From NCBI GenBank assembly GCA_035499415.1, contig DATJYV010000184.1:1-55216 (forward strand): a stretch of 55,216 nucleotides of DNA, given 5' to 3'. Each line of letters begins with the position of its first letter. The first letter of the stretch is position 1. The DNA comes from Bacteroidota bacterium. GTDB taxonomy: Bacteria > Bacteroidota > Ignavibacteria > UBA10030. A program made the position numbers and the translations under genes. Shown piece by piece: positions 43,310 to 52,787 of the stretch. The notes under the pieces are model-generated. The model was given only the letters and a program-made list of their open reading frames with translations, had not been told where the DNA came from and searched no databases.

Positions 43310-44217
43310 TGCGTGCGAAGCGCCAGACCAATGGCGGAGGCGAAACGATGGCTCTCCTTGATGAAGGGGGGATAGACGTGCGATGTTGCGGGGATCTTCC
43401 GCAGGGCGTTGAGTGGAAGAGTCTGCTGGATCCCGGATTCCGACCGGAGCGCGCCGACAAGTTGAGGCGTGATGTCGATCCCGTGCAGAAGGATCGCGGC
43501 CGGCGGATTCAGCCCGTCCCGTTCCTTCAAATACTTCAGGTACGATGCAACGGCTTTGCGGGCATCGGACTTATGGAACGCCCGGTAGTCGGTCATCTGG
43601 CCCTCGTGAATGAGACTGGCGTCGATTCCTCCGAATCGAACGCCGATAAGTACAATGTCGTGTTCCAGGATCTCGGGGTAATTGGCCAGCAATGTTTTTT
43701 CGGCGCTGAACTGGTCGATGTCGACGAACCGAAGCTTGAGTCCCAACAGAGCGACGGCCTTCTGGATGAACGCGACCATTCCCTTCCGCACGGAGACCAT
43801 GAACATGGTCCGTGCAGAGCCGTTGGAAGCGGGGAGGGCGTGAGAGTCGACCAGATAATCGGCGGACGAGTTCTCTCCGAGATATTGCGCCGATTCCCAT
43901 TCGATGTACTTCCTGATATCGGCGCCGACGAGAGAGGCGTCGACCGGAATAATATTGATGAACACCGGGTCCGGCGGGAGGGCAAAAGATATCTGCTCTG
44001 TCGACAACTTGTGCTGTTTGTAGAGCTCGCGCAGTTCCCTGACGAACGTGGAAAGTTGGGGATGGTCGGCGGTCAGGTTTACGCCCGCCTGGGCAATGTC
44101 CAGTGAAGTCTCCCGCTCGGCGAGCGTGGTGACCTGCACTTTTTTCCCGTGCTCAATCTCGGCGAGCTGGACGCGCCCCTTGTAGAACGAAACGCCGATG
44201 TAACGGATTGATTTCAT
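43306..44217 (-). CDS. Hypothetical protein with PilM/FtsA-like (actin-fold) layout
   Basis: 303 aa. The ordering IGVSF...VQLAEIE.., FALPPDPVFINIIPVD, IEWESAQYLGE, MFMVSVRKGMVAFIQKAVALLGLKLRFVDIDQFSAE resembles type IV pilus PilM. I judged this by eye only. Confidence 0.45.
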   Translation of the reverse strand: MKSIRYIGVSFYKGRVQLAEIEHGKKVQVTTLAERETSLDIAQAGVNLTADHPQLSTFVRELRELYKQHKLSTEQISFALPPDPVFINIIPVDASLVGADIRKYIEWESAQYLGENSSADYLVDSHALPASNGSARTMFMVSVRKGMVAFIQKAVALLGLKLRFVDIDQFSAEKTLLANYPEILEHDIVLIGVRFGGIDASLIHEGQMTDYRAFHKSDARKAVASYLKYLKERDGLNPPAAILLHGIDITPQLVGALRSESGIQQTLPLNALRKIPATSHVYPPFIKESHRFASAIGLALRTQ

Positions 44218-44242
44218 TCGGGTGCGCTGGGTGTTCTTTGGC

Positions 44243-44665
44243 TCACGGGACTTTCACAAATGGGCGAATCTTTTTCATCTTGTTCCTGCTGATCCCCTTG
44301 ACCTTCGTCAGCTCGTTCACGCTCGAAAAGCCCCCATGTTCGTTCCGGTATTCGATGATCCGGTCGGCCGTGTTCTGACCGATTCCTGGAATTTGCATCA
44401 ACTCATCCTTCGTTGCATCGTTCAAGGATAGCGCGTTTTCGGATGTCTCCCGGTCTTCGGCTGCGGTATCCGCCGCGGCCGCGACGCTCAGCGCTGCGAA
44501 GGAGCTGTCGCTCGCGCGGTAGTCGAACTGCATCAGTCCTGGAAACCGATCCTGAAAAAGCCGGACCGCCAGACCCCCCGCCATCGTGACAAGCAGAAAG
44601 AGTATGACATTCTGCTCCGTTTTCGTCAGCGCAAGCCATTGCGCCAGACGCCCCCAGTTCCTCAT
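44243..44665 (-). CDS. comEA: ComEA-family helix-hairpin-helix DNA-binding protein
   Basis: N-terminal TM helix, then [45 protein letters not shown] (tandem HhH). Confidence 0.8.
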   Translation of the reverse strand: MRNWGRLAQWLALTKTEQNVILFLLVTMAGGLAVRLFQDRFPGLMQFDYRASDSSFAALSVAAAADTAAEDRETSENALSLNDATKDELMQIPGIGQNTADRIIEYRNEHGGFSSVNELTKVKGISRNKMKKIRPFVKVP

Positions 44666-44667
44666 AA

Positions 44668-45843
<1,176 letters not shown>

Positions 45844-46437
45844 TCAGGCCTGTTCCGTCCCTTTGGTGTTGTCGCCGGTCGAAGCGCCAGCCCCGCCGTC
45901 GGGAACGGCCGATACGATCACCTTCGCATGCCGGATGACCTTGTCTCCAAGCGTGTAGCCCTTCTCGACTTCCTCGATCACGGTGTGGGAAGGAATGCCT
46001 TCTTTCGGCATCTGCATCAGAGCGTCATGATAAGCAACATTGAACTCTTTGCCGACCGTTTCAAGAGTCTTTACGCCCAACCCTTCCAGAATCTTCGTGA
46101 ACTTTTGATGGATGAGCTCGACGCCGCGGTACAGGGATTCAAACTCCCGCTTGTCCTTGCTGAGCTTCAGCGAGCGCTCGAGGTCGTCCAACACGGGAAG
46201 GATTGATGCGATCAAGTCCTCGTTTGCGTACTTGATCAACGTCGCCGATTCGTTCTCGATTCGCTTCTTGTAGTTCTCGAATTCGGCCGCCTTCCTCAGG
46301 TACAGGTCTTTGTACTGGTCGGCCTGCCGTTGAATTTCTGCAAGAGGGTCGGCCTCCGGAGCCGGCGCCGTCTCCGCGGGTGATTCCTGCGGGCCGCCTT
46401 TTCCACCTTGTTCCTTGTCCTCGATCTCTTCCATCAC
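45844..46437 (-). CDS. grpE: Nucleotide exchange factor GrpE
   Basis: YLRKAAEFENYKKR, ...GYTLGDKVIRHAKV. Confidence 0.92.
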   Translation of the reverse strand: MMEEIEDKEQGGKGGPQESPAETAPAPEADPLAEIQRQADQYKDLYLRKAAEFENYKKRIENESATLIKYANEDLIASILPVLDDLERSLKLSKDKREFESLYRGVELIHQKFTKILEGLGVKTLETVGKEFNVAYHDALMQMPKEGIPSHTVIEEVEKGYTLGDKVIRHAKVIVSAVPDGGAGASTGDNTKGTEQA

Positions 46438-46448
46438 CGTGGGGGTCT

Positions 46449-47498
46449 TCAGGATGCGAGGAGCTGGGCGACGGTCTTTGCCACCTGGTCGACAAGCGGG
46501 ATGAGCTTCGGATAATCCATCCGCTTCGGACCGATGACGCCGACTCTTCCGGAAATTCCCTCGATGTTGTACGTCGTCGTCACCATGCTGTAGTCGCTCG
46601 CGTTTGCTTCCTTGTTCTCGTTGCCGATCGTAATGACAATATCCTTTGCCGCTTCATCGTGCTTCTGCAGGAGATGCACGATGATCTCCTCGCTCTCGAT
46701 CATCTCGATGACACTCCGGAAGTTCCTCGGGTCGAAAAATTCCGGCTGGCCGATAATGTTCTTCGTGCCTCCGATGTGAATCCTCTCCCGCTCGTTCCCG
46801 TCGTCGAACAATTCATCGACGGAATCGATGAACAAGCGGATCAGCCCGGACTTGTCGTCCTGGAACTCGCGCACGCGGTCCGCAAAGGTGTCCCGGATTT
46901 GCTGCAGCGTCAGCCCCGACAGGCGCTCGTTCAGGGACCGGCTCACCTGTTCGAGCATGTCGCGCCGGAACTCGGAGCCCACCTCGAGCATGATGGTCCG
47001 CACCAGCCCGGATCGGATGGAAATGACGACGAGGAGCTTCGACGCCGCAATGGGGATGAGCTCGAGCTTGTCAAAAACGCCGCCGCTGACGTGGGGGGAG
47101 CTGACGACGCTCAACTGGTTGGAAATCTTCCCCAGGAGACGGGACGACTCACGGAACAGGTCGGCCGGATCGATCGCGACGCCAAGCTCCTGCCGGATCT
47201 GCGACTTTGCCTCTTCGCTCAGCTGCTGGACCTCCATCAGGAAATCGACATAATACCGATACCCAAGGTCCGTGGGGACCCGGCCGGCAGAAGTATGAGG
47301 ATGAGTGAGAAATCCCTGCTCTTCAAGGTCCGACATGACGTTGCGGATGGTTGCGGGGCTCACCGATGACTCGAAATGCCTCGAAAGGTACCTGGATCCG
47401 ACGGGAATGGCCGTTTGGATGTAGTTGTGCACCACGTGCCGGAGTACGCTCTGCTCCCGCTCGGTTAAATTCTCTTTCTTATGATCTTCCTCGGACAT
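46449..47498 (-). CDS. hrcA: Heat-inducible transcription repressor HrcA
   Basis: LTEREQSVLRHVVHNYIQTAIPVGSRYL is the winged helix. I chose ATG 47498. The ORF-track start, GTG 47504, is two codons upstream. Confidence 0.92.
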   Translation of the reverse strand: MSEEDHKKENLTEREQSVLRHVVHNYIQTAIPVGSRYLSRHFESSVSPATIRNVMSDLEEQGFLTHPHTSAGRVPTDLGYRYYVDFLMEVQQLSEEAKSQIRQELGVAIDPADLFRESSRLLGKISNQLSVVSSPHVSGGVFDKLELIPIAASKLLVVISIRSGLVRTIMLEVGSEFRRDMLEQVSRSLNERLSGLTLQQIRDTFADRVREFQDDKSGLIRLFIDSVDELFDDGNERERIHIGGTKNIIGQPEFFDPRNFRSVIEMIESEEIIVHLLQKHDEAAKDIVITIGNENKEANASDYSMVTTTYNIEGISGRVGVIGPKRMDYPKLIPLVDQVAKTVAQLLAS

Positions 47499-47502
47499 AA
47501 TC

Positions 47503-47518
47503 ACTCAAAATATTGAGT
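47503..47518 (-). promoter_or_regulatory. CIRCE-like palindrome (candidate HrcA operator), non-canonical
   Basis: Minus strand: TATCTT-ACTCAATATTTTGAGTGATT-ATG. The core is ACTC-N8-GAGT (6-bp arms ACTCAA/TTGAGT). Canonical CIRCE is TTAGCACTC-N9-GAGTGCTAA. Confidence 0.3.
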
Positions 47519-47547
47519 AAGATAAGAATTTCCGCTTCGTTTGTCAA
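47519..47547 (-). promoter_or_regulatory. Sigma70-type promoter candidate for hrcA-grpE-dnaJ
   Basis: Minus strand: TTGACA-N17-TATCTT, immediately upstream of the palindrome. Confidence 0.45.
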
Positions 47548-47778
47548 CGCACCGTTTTGCGGCCTCAGGCACCACGCACGCAAATTCGATCGCTCACTTC
47601 AGGAGCGGTATTGGTCGCTCGCTGATATTTCGGGACGAGCGTGAATCCGGGGTACTCGCCGAACTTCACGGGCTCCGGAACGATCCCATGACGGCCAAAA
47701 AATTTTTCGCCTGCTGAATTCCCGGTTTGCCGCTGAGGGCGTGTCGGTCCGACGTGCGCTCATGGCGCCGGCCCCGTA

Positions 47779-47807
47779 TTGCATCGACTCACAAATCTCT
47801 CTATCTT
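47779..47807 (+). promoter_or_regulatory. Sigma70-type promoter candidate for carA
   Basis: TTGCAT-N17-TATCTT. The -10 element ends only 10 nt before ATG 47818. Confidence 0.35.
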
Positions 47808-47817
47808 GCGGCCCGAT

Positions 47818-48963
47818 ATGCAAGCGAAACTCGCACTCGAAAACGGCGTCGTCCTCGCCGGCACGGCGTTCGGCGCCGAGACGGAAGCAACCGGTGAGGT
47901 TGTGTTTAACACGAGCATGACCGGCTATCAGGAAATTCTCACCGACCCTTCCTATGCCGGCCAGATCGTCACCATGACATATCCCCTGATCGGGAACTAC
48001 GGAATAAATTCCGCCGATGTCGAGTCCTCGAAGCCGCAAGTCGCCGGATTTGTCGTAAAAGAGTACTGCAACTATCCGAGCAACTTCCGGTCGAGCGGAT
48101 CACTGGCGGCCTGGCTCGCCAAATCCGGGATCATCGGCATCCAGGGAATCGACACACGGATGCTGACGAAGATCATCCGGACCGCGGGAGCAATGAGGGG
48201 AGTGATTTCCACTCAAGACCTCGATGATGCACGCCTGATCGAGAAAGCGCGGCGTTCGCCCGACATGAACGGCCTTGACCTTGCGAGCGTCGTGACGACT
48301 CCATCAACGTATAGTTGGGACGAAGTCGACCGTTCGCCATTTGCCCTGCCTCCCTCCTTGAGCGCGCATCGGAATGGAAAACGGTGGAATGTCGTCGTGT
48401 ACGATTACGGGGTTAAGCGGAACATTCTCCGGCGTTTGACGTCGTACGGCTGCCGGCTGACGGTTGTTCCGGCCGGCTATCCTGCGGAACAAGTACTCGC
48501 ACTGGCGCCGGACGGAATTTTTCTCTCCAACGGGCCGGGAGATCCGGCGGCTGTGCGAGCCGGAATAAAGAACATCAAAAAGTTGATTGGTTTGAAACCG
48601 ATCTTCGGCATTTGTCTGGGACACCAATTGCTCGCACTGGCTCTCGGGGGAAGGACGTTCAAGCTCAAGTTCGGCCATCGCGGCGCAAACCATCCCGTGA
48701 AAAACCTGCGGTCGGGTGGAATTGAAATTACCTCGCAAAACCACGGATTTGCCGTGGACCCGGAATCTCTCGACCCGCAGACGATCGAAATAACTCATGT
48801 CAATCTCAACGACGGTACGAATGAGGGATTCGCGCATCGCGAGCTTCCCATTTTCTCGGTCCAATACCACCCGGAAGCGTCCCCCGGACCTCACGACAGC
48901 GATTATCTCTTTTCTCAATTCATCGAGTTGATGGAACGCCAGGCGGTTGCCGTTTCCGCCTGA
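47818..48963 (+). CDS. carA: Carbamoyl-phosphate synthase small (glutamine amidotransferase) subunit
   Basis: Trimmed to ATG 47818. [44 protein letters not shown]. Confidence 0.95.
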   Translation: MQAKLALENGVVLAGTAFGAETEATGEVVFNTSMTGYQEILTDPSYAGQIVTMTYPLIGNYGINSADVESSKPQVAGFVVKEYCNYPSNFRSSGSLAAWLAKSGIIGIQGIDTRMLTKIIRTAGAMRGVISTQDLDDARLIEKARRSPDMNGLDLASVVTTPSTYSWDEVDRSPFALPPSLSAHRNGKRWNVVVYDYGVKRNILRRLTSYGCRLTVVPAGYPAEQVLALAPDGIFLSNGPGDPAAVRAGIKNIKKLIGLKPIFGICLGHQLLALALGGRTFKLKFGHRGANHPVKNLRSGGIEITSQNHGFAVDPESLDPQTIEITHVNLNDGTNEGFAHRELPIFSVQYHPEASPGPHDSDYLFSQFIELMERQAVAVSA

Positions 48964-49159
48964 CCAGTGGAAATTTTTCTTCGAGTTCCGCGAATCCGCT
49001 TCCAGCCGGTCGATCGACTCCCTTCTCTCTGCGGGCGGCTCACCCGAGCTCCGGCATTGCGCAATATCCTGAGCCTTCCGCTCGAGAGGTCCCGATCCGT
49101 ATCTTGACCGCGAATTCGATAAATGGAGTATGAGGAGGATGGGCGGAACAAGAGTTCAC

Positions 49160-50032
49160 ATGCGAAAATTTCTGACGGGGATGTTGGCGATGACGGGGCT
49201 GATGGCGGGGAACGGATGCAGTCTCTTCCGCAGCACGGAACCGCCGGCTGTTCAGGAGAGCTACAATCACGTTCGTCCCAGCTGGTCGCCCGACGGAAAG
49301 ACGGTCGCGTTCACCGCAACGATCGGCGGGGTCCAGGGCATTTACAGAATCGACACGTCGGGGGCGAACGTCACACTGATGTATCCGGGGGATGCCGTCG
49401 GCGTCACGTGGTCGCCGGACGGCAACTGGATCGCCTTCTCGCTCGCTGGAAATCTCTACAAGCATTCGACCTCGATGGATTCCACCGTCCAGCTTACGAA
49501 CTCGGCGGAGGACATCCGTCCTTCCTGGTCGCCCGATGGGAAAACAATCGCGTTCCTGCGGGCCGGGCTCGGGATCTACACGTTCAACGTGCAAACGGAC
49601 TCGCTCCAGCCAATCTTCCTGGGCGGCGACTTTCCCACGTGGCATCCCGACGGCACTGAGATTATCGTGCTGGTGAATGACGGCGTGATCGCGAATGAAG
49701 CGCTGTACGACATTTACGCTGTACGGGCGGACACGAATCTGATCCGCGACCTCTATTCGTTCAGCGCCGTGGGCATCGCCGGGTTCAGCTCGATGAGCCA
49801 TGACGGCGTCGACCTCACATTCAGTATCGACCCGACGACCGACTACGTGGAAATATGGAAAGTCAGCGTCGTGACCTCCCAGGCGACACAGCTGACAACC
49901 GACGGCGGCGACTATCCCGCGTGGAGTCCGGACGGATCGAAGATCGTCTACACGAGGACGACGTACGGCGACGGGGGTTTATGGATCATGAATGCGGATG
50001 GCACCGGCAAACACCGGCTGAGTTCGCCGTAA
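49160..50032 (+). CDS. TolB-like beta-propeller (PD40 repeat) secreted protein or lipoprotein
   Basis: Signal peptide MRKFLTGMLAMTGLMAGNGC. Five repeats of the WSPDGK..AF type. The start is ambiguous (ATG 49130, 49139 or 49160). Confidence 0.8.
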   Translation: MRKFLTGMLAMTGLMAGNGCSLFRSTEPPAVQESYNHVRPSWSPDGKTVAFTATIGGVQGIYRIDTSGANVTLMYPGDAVGVTWSPDGNWIAFSLAGNLYKHSTSMDSTVQLTNSAEDIRPSWSPDGKTIAFLRAGLGIYTFNVQTDSLQPIFLGGDFPTWHPDGTEIIVLVNDGVIANEALYDIYAVRADTNLIRDLYSFSAVGIAGFSSMSHDGVDLTFSIDPTTDYVEIWKVSVVTSQATQLTTDGGDYPAWSPDGSKIVYTRTTYGDGGLWIMNADGTGKHRLSSP

Positions 50033-50257
50033 AAGACATCGCGACGCGATACCAGTTGCACGCGACGTGTCCCCCTCTTCGATCTGTGCAAAATCCTCGT
50101 TCCTCTTTCCCTCCAAAATTTCAGCGCCGGGTAATCAGAAGCCAGCCCCCGAACCGGACCTCGTCATCCTGAACTTTGCGCCAATGGCCTGCCCGCCTCC
50201 GTGAAATCCAACGGACAGGCAAGTTCGGCATGACGTTTTCCATTTGAGGGATCGTCG

Positions 50258-51478
50258 CTAAAGCTTCTTCGCCCGGATATCGCTCGCCACGCGTTCCACC
50301 TCGTTCCAGACACGAACGATGTTCCCGCTGCAGATCTTCTGGATGTCCGATTCGCTGTACCCCATTTTGAGCAGCTCATAGATCAGGTTGGGATATTGCG
50401 ACACGTCCTTCAAGCCGGTAGGGAGGGCGTCGCCGAGCCCGTCGAAATCAGACCCTATCCCCACATGGTCGATGCCGACGAGTTTTGCGACGTGGTCGAT
50501 GTGAATGGCGACGTCCTTGACGTCTGCGTAGGGGAGGGGATGATCCTTTTCATACTTCTGTTCGTACGCCTCAGCACTCGAATCGGTGCTCTTCAGATGG
50601 TTCTGCCGCAGGTACTCTGCAATTTCTTTTTGCCGGCGGGATTCCATGTCCCGTATCTCCTTCCGCAGGAAGTCGGACCCGAAATTAATCTGGATCGTCC
50701 CCCCATTTTTCGCGAGAAGCTGGATCATTTCGTCGGACATGTTTCGCTCGAAGCCGGGCGTGAAGTAGCGGCAGGACGAATGCGATGCGATGACCGGCGC
50801 CTTTGATATCTGCATCACCTGGTAAAAAGAATCGTCCGAGATGTGGGAGACGTCGACCATGATTCCGACCCGGTTCATTTCCGCCACCACCAGCTTTCCG
50901 AACGGGCTGAGGCCGTGCCACGTGCGCGTGGTATCGTACGAAGAATCGCAGATGTGGTTGTCCTTTGCATGGGTGAGGGTGATGTATCGGATGCCGCGGT
51001 CGTAGAAGTATTGAACGTTCCCGATCTTCCCCTCGATCGGTGCCCCGTTCTCCATTCCGAGCGGAAGACTGACGAGACCCCGCTTCGAATGTGCAAGGAT
51101 GTCCGAAGGCATGCGCACGAGGGCAAACTTGTCCGGCCACGCGTGGACCCACGATTCAACCATGTCGATCAGATTGTCGGCGTATTGTTTTGCCGTATGC
51201 TTCGTCTCCTCTTCCGACGGGACGTAGATTGCGGCGAAGGGCGCGTCGAGGCCCCCCTGGACTGCGCGGACGAAGTCGAATTCGCCGTCGGGTGTCCGAT
51301 GCGAGAGATCCTCCGGCTTGTCCTTCACGAAATCGGGTACATCGATATGAGTGTCGATGAGGATGAGATCGTTCGCAAGTTGCTGCGCTTTTGCACGAAG
51401 CAGTTCATCGGAAACGGGTTGAGAACGGAGGGACGATGAGCAGAGAAACAGCAACGCGACGGCCATCGATAGGCGCAT
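50258..51478 (-). CDS. Membrane dipeptidase (peptidase M19)
   Basis: Trimmed to ATG 51478, with a signal peptide. IDTHIDVP, ITLTHAKDN, VDVSHISD and GIDHVGIGSDFDG metal-ligand motifs. Confidence 0.88.
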   Translation of the reverse strand: MRLSMAVALLFLCSSSLRSQPVSDELLRAKAQQLANDLILIDTHIDVPDFVKDKPEDLSHRTPDGEFDFVRAVQGGLDAPFAAIYVPSEEETKHTAKQYADNLIDMVESWVHAWPDKFALVRMPSDILAHSKRGLVSLPLGMENGAPIEGKIGNVQYFYDRGIRYITLTHAKDNHICDSSYDTTRTWHGLSPFGKLVVAEMNRVGIMVDVSHISDDSFYQVMQISKAPVIASHSSCRYFTPGFERNMSDEMIQLLAKNGGTIQINFGSDFLRKEIRDMESRRQKEIAEYLRQNHLKSTDSSAEAYEQKYEKDHPLPYADVKDVAIHIDHVAKLVGIDHVGIGSDFDGLGDALPTGLKDVSQYPNLIYELLKMGYSESDIQKICSGNIVRVWNEVERVASDIRAKKL

Positions 51479-51522
51479 GGGATCACCTTGATTGCGGAAT
51501 AAGGATGAAGGAGCGACAGAAG

Positions 51523-51551
51523 AGATTAGGGGTTTTGTCGGGGAGATGCAA
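51523..51551 (-). promoter_or_regulatory. Sigma70-type promoter candidate for the M19 dipeptidase gene
   Basis: Minus strand: TTGCAT-N17-TAATCT, about 45 nt upstream of ATG 51478. Confidence 0.35.
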
Positions 51552-51574
51552 CAGGAAGTGACGCAGCGGCCGGG

Positions 51575-51613
51575 AAGGAAAAGGCCTGCCGGACCGGGTT
51601 GTCGCCGGCAGGC
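51575..51613 (-). terminator. Intrinsic terminator candidate after the Gly/Arg-tailed lipoprotein gene
   Basis: Minus strand: GCCTGCCGG-12 nt-CCGGCAGGC (9-bp perfect stem) followed by CTTTTCCTTCC, about 65 nt after the stop at 51680. Confidence 0.5.
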
Positions 51614-51679
51614 GGTGAACACGTTGAGGAACGCGGCGAATTGTCCCGCGTATGTGCGGCGAGAATAGTTTCTGTGAGT

Positions 51680-52504
51680 CTACTTCGACGCCGGGGCGAG
51701 CTGGACAGAGGCCCAGACCTCAACCGGCGACATGCCTGATGATCCGCCGGACCGGGATCCGCCCGCGCCGCGACCACGGCCGCCCCCGCCGCCTCCGCGC
51801 CGTCCGCCTCCGCCAAATCCCCCGCTCCCGAATCCACCGCCTTCATCTCCTGAGCGTTCGCTGCCCTGGGGGCGACTCATGCCGCCGATCTCGATGCCGA
51901 GGCTGATCTTCGAACCGGATGACGACTCAAACGTGTACGGATGGTCGCCGGTCGTGTGGAGCGGGGCCTTGAGCTGGTAGACCATCGCTTCGTCCATGTT
52001 GTTGATCTTGATCTCGACGCCGCGGGAGGCGATGACGGGAACCCGCAGGCGGTCGGGCTGGAGCGGAGAAATGTATTCGAACTCCGCCTGTGATGCCGCA
52101 AGCGAGCTTTGCGCCATGGACGGGTCGCGCTCGTACGAGCCGCGCTCTTCGGCCATGCCGAGCGGGTAGCGGAACCCGACGCTCTTCTTTTCGTTGCCGA
52201 GCGGGTCGCACCACACGGTGAGCCCGCGAGCCATGATCTGCCGGCGGATCTCCGGCTTCACGACGACAATCTCAACGTAGCAGTAGTCGCTGTCGTTCAT
52301 CATGCTGAATCGGACGCCGTCTTTGTCGACCCACGTCGAATCGGGCCAGCTCGTGAGGTCGGCGTTGACCACGACCGGTGCGACGGGCCACTTGCTGGCC
52401 AATTCCAGGCCGCCGCAGCCGCACATCGGAGCCGCGAACATCGATATGGCCGCGAGATTCCGCCAAATCGGACTCTTCCCATCTACATGCCAGTTGAATC
52501 TCAT
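51680..52504 (-). CDS. Hypothetical lipoprotein with a C-terminal Gly/Arg-rich low-complexity tail
   Basis: Trimmed to ATG 52504. Signal plus Cys (AAPMCGCGG). The globular part has no motif I recognise. The tail is GGGFGSGGFGGGGRRGGGGGGRGRGAGGSRSGGSSG, followed by MSPVEVWASVQLAPASK. Confidence 0.55.
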   Translation of the reverse strand: MRFNWHVDGKSPIWRNLAAISMFAAPMCGCGGLELASKWPVAPVVVNADLTSWPDSTWVDKDGVRFSMMNDSDYCYVEIVVVKPEIRRQIMARGLTVWCDPLGNEKKSVGFRYPLGMAEERGSYERDPSMAQSSLAASQAEFEYISPLQPDRLRVPVIASRGVEIKINNMDEAMVYQLKAPLHTTGDHPYTFESSSGSKISLGIEIGGMSRPQGSERSGDEGGGFGSGGFGGGGRRGGGGGGRGRGAGGSRSGGSSGMSPVEVWASVQLAPASK

Positions 52505-52710
52505 TGTGTAATCTCCTTCGTGCATGAAACTTATCGATACGAGTGGAGTATATTAGACGATTCAGGAACAAAATAGTTCTATCGATCCCTCCATAAATTT
52601 CGACCGACATCAATCCGAAGTTTCATGGAAATTGCTCCGGCCCGGCCGGACGGCTCGATCCACGATGGTCCTCAACCGGAAACAACGGGCGCTCATCCCC
52701 TTCTAATTCC

Positions 52711-52739
52711 TTGTTTGCTCGTCATCTTGTGCGTAGATT
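52711..52739 (+). promoter_or_regulatory. Sigma70-type promoter candidate for the M1 aminopeptidase gene
   Basis: TTGTTT-N17-TAGATT, about 50 nt upstream of ATG 52788. Confidence 0.35.
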
Positions 52740-52787
52740 TACCGACCCTTCGACCGCACTCCATCACCATACCGTGAAAGGACACCT

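Noticed and set aside
47499-47620. Search for a canonical CIRCE element (TTAGCACTC-N9-GAGTGCTAA) upstream of hrcA.
   Set aside because: No canonical CIRCE is present. Only the shortened ACTC-N8-GAGT palindrome is there, and I report it as a low-confidence candidate instead.
49009-49018. Perfect 10-bp palindrome GTCGATCGAC between carA and the TolB-like gene, and CGGGAACCGTTCCCG at 6935-6949 in the divergent spacer upstream of the GGDEF gene.
   Set aside because: These are isolated short palindromes with no second copy in the window and no positional link to a promoter candidate. They are not distinguishable from chance.
51732-51980. Proline-rich 82-aa plus-strand ORF (PPPPPPRRPPPPNPPLPNPPP).
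   Set aside because: It is the reverse-complement shadow of the Gly-rich tail (GGN codons read as NCC) of the minus-strand lipoprotein gene.
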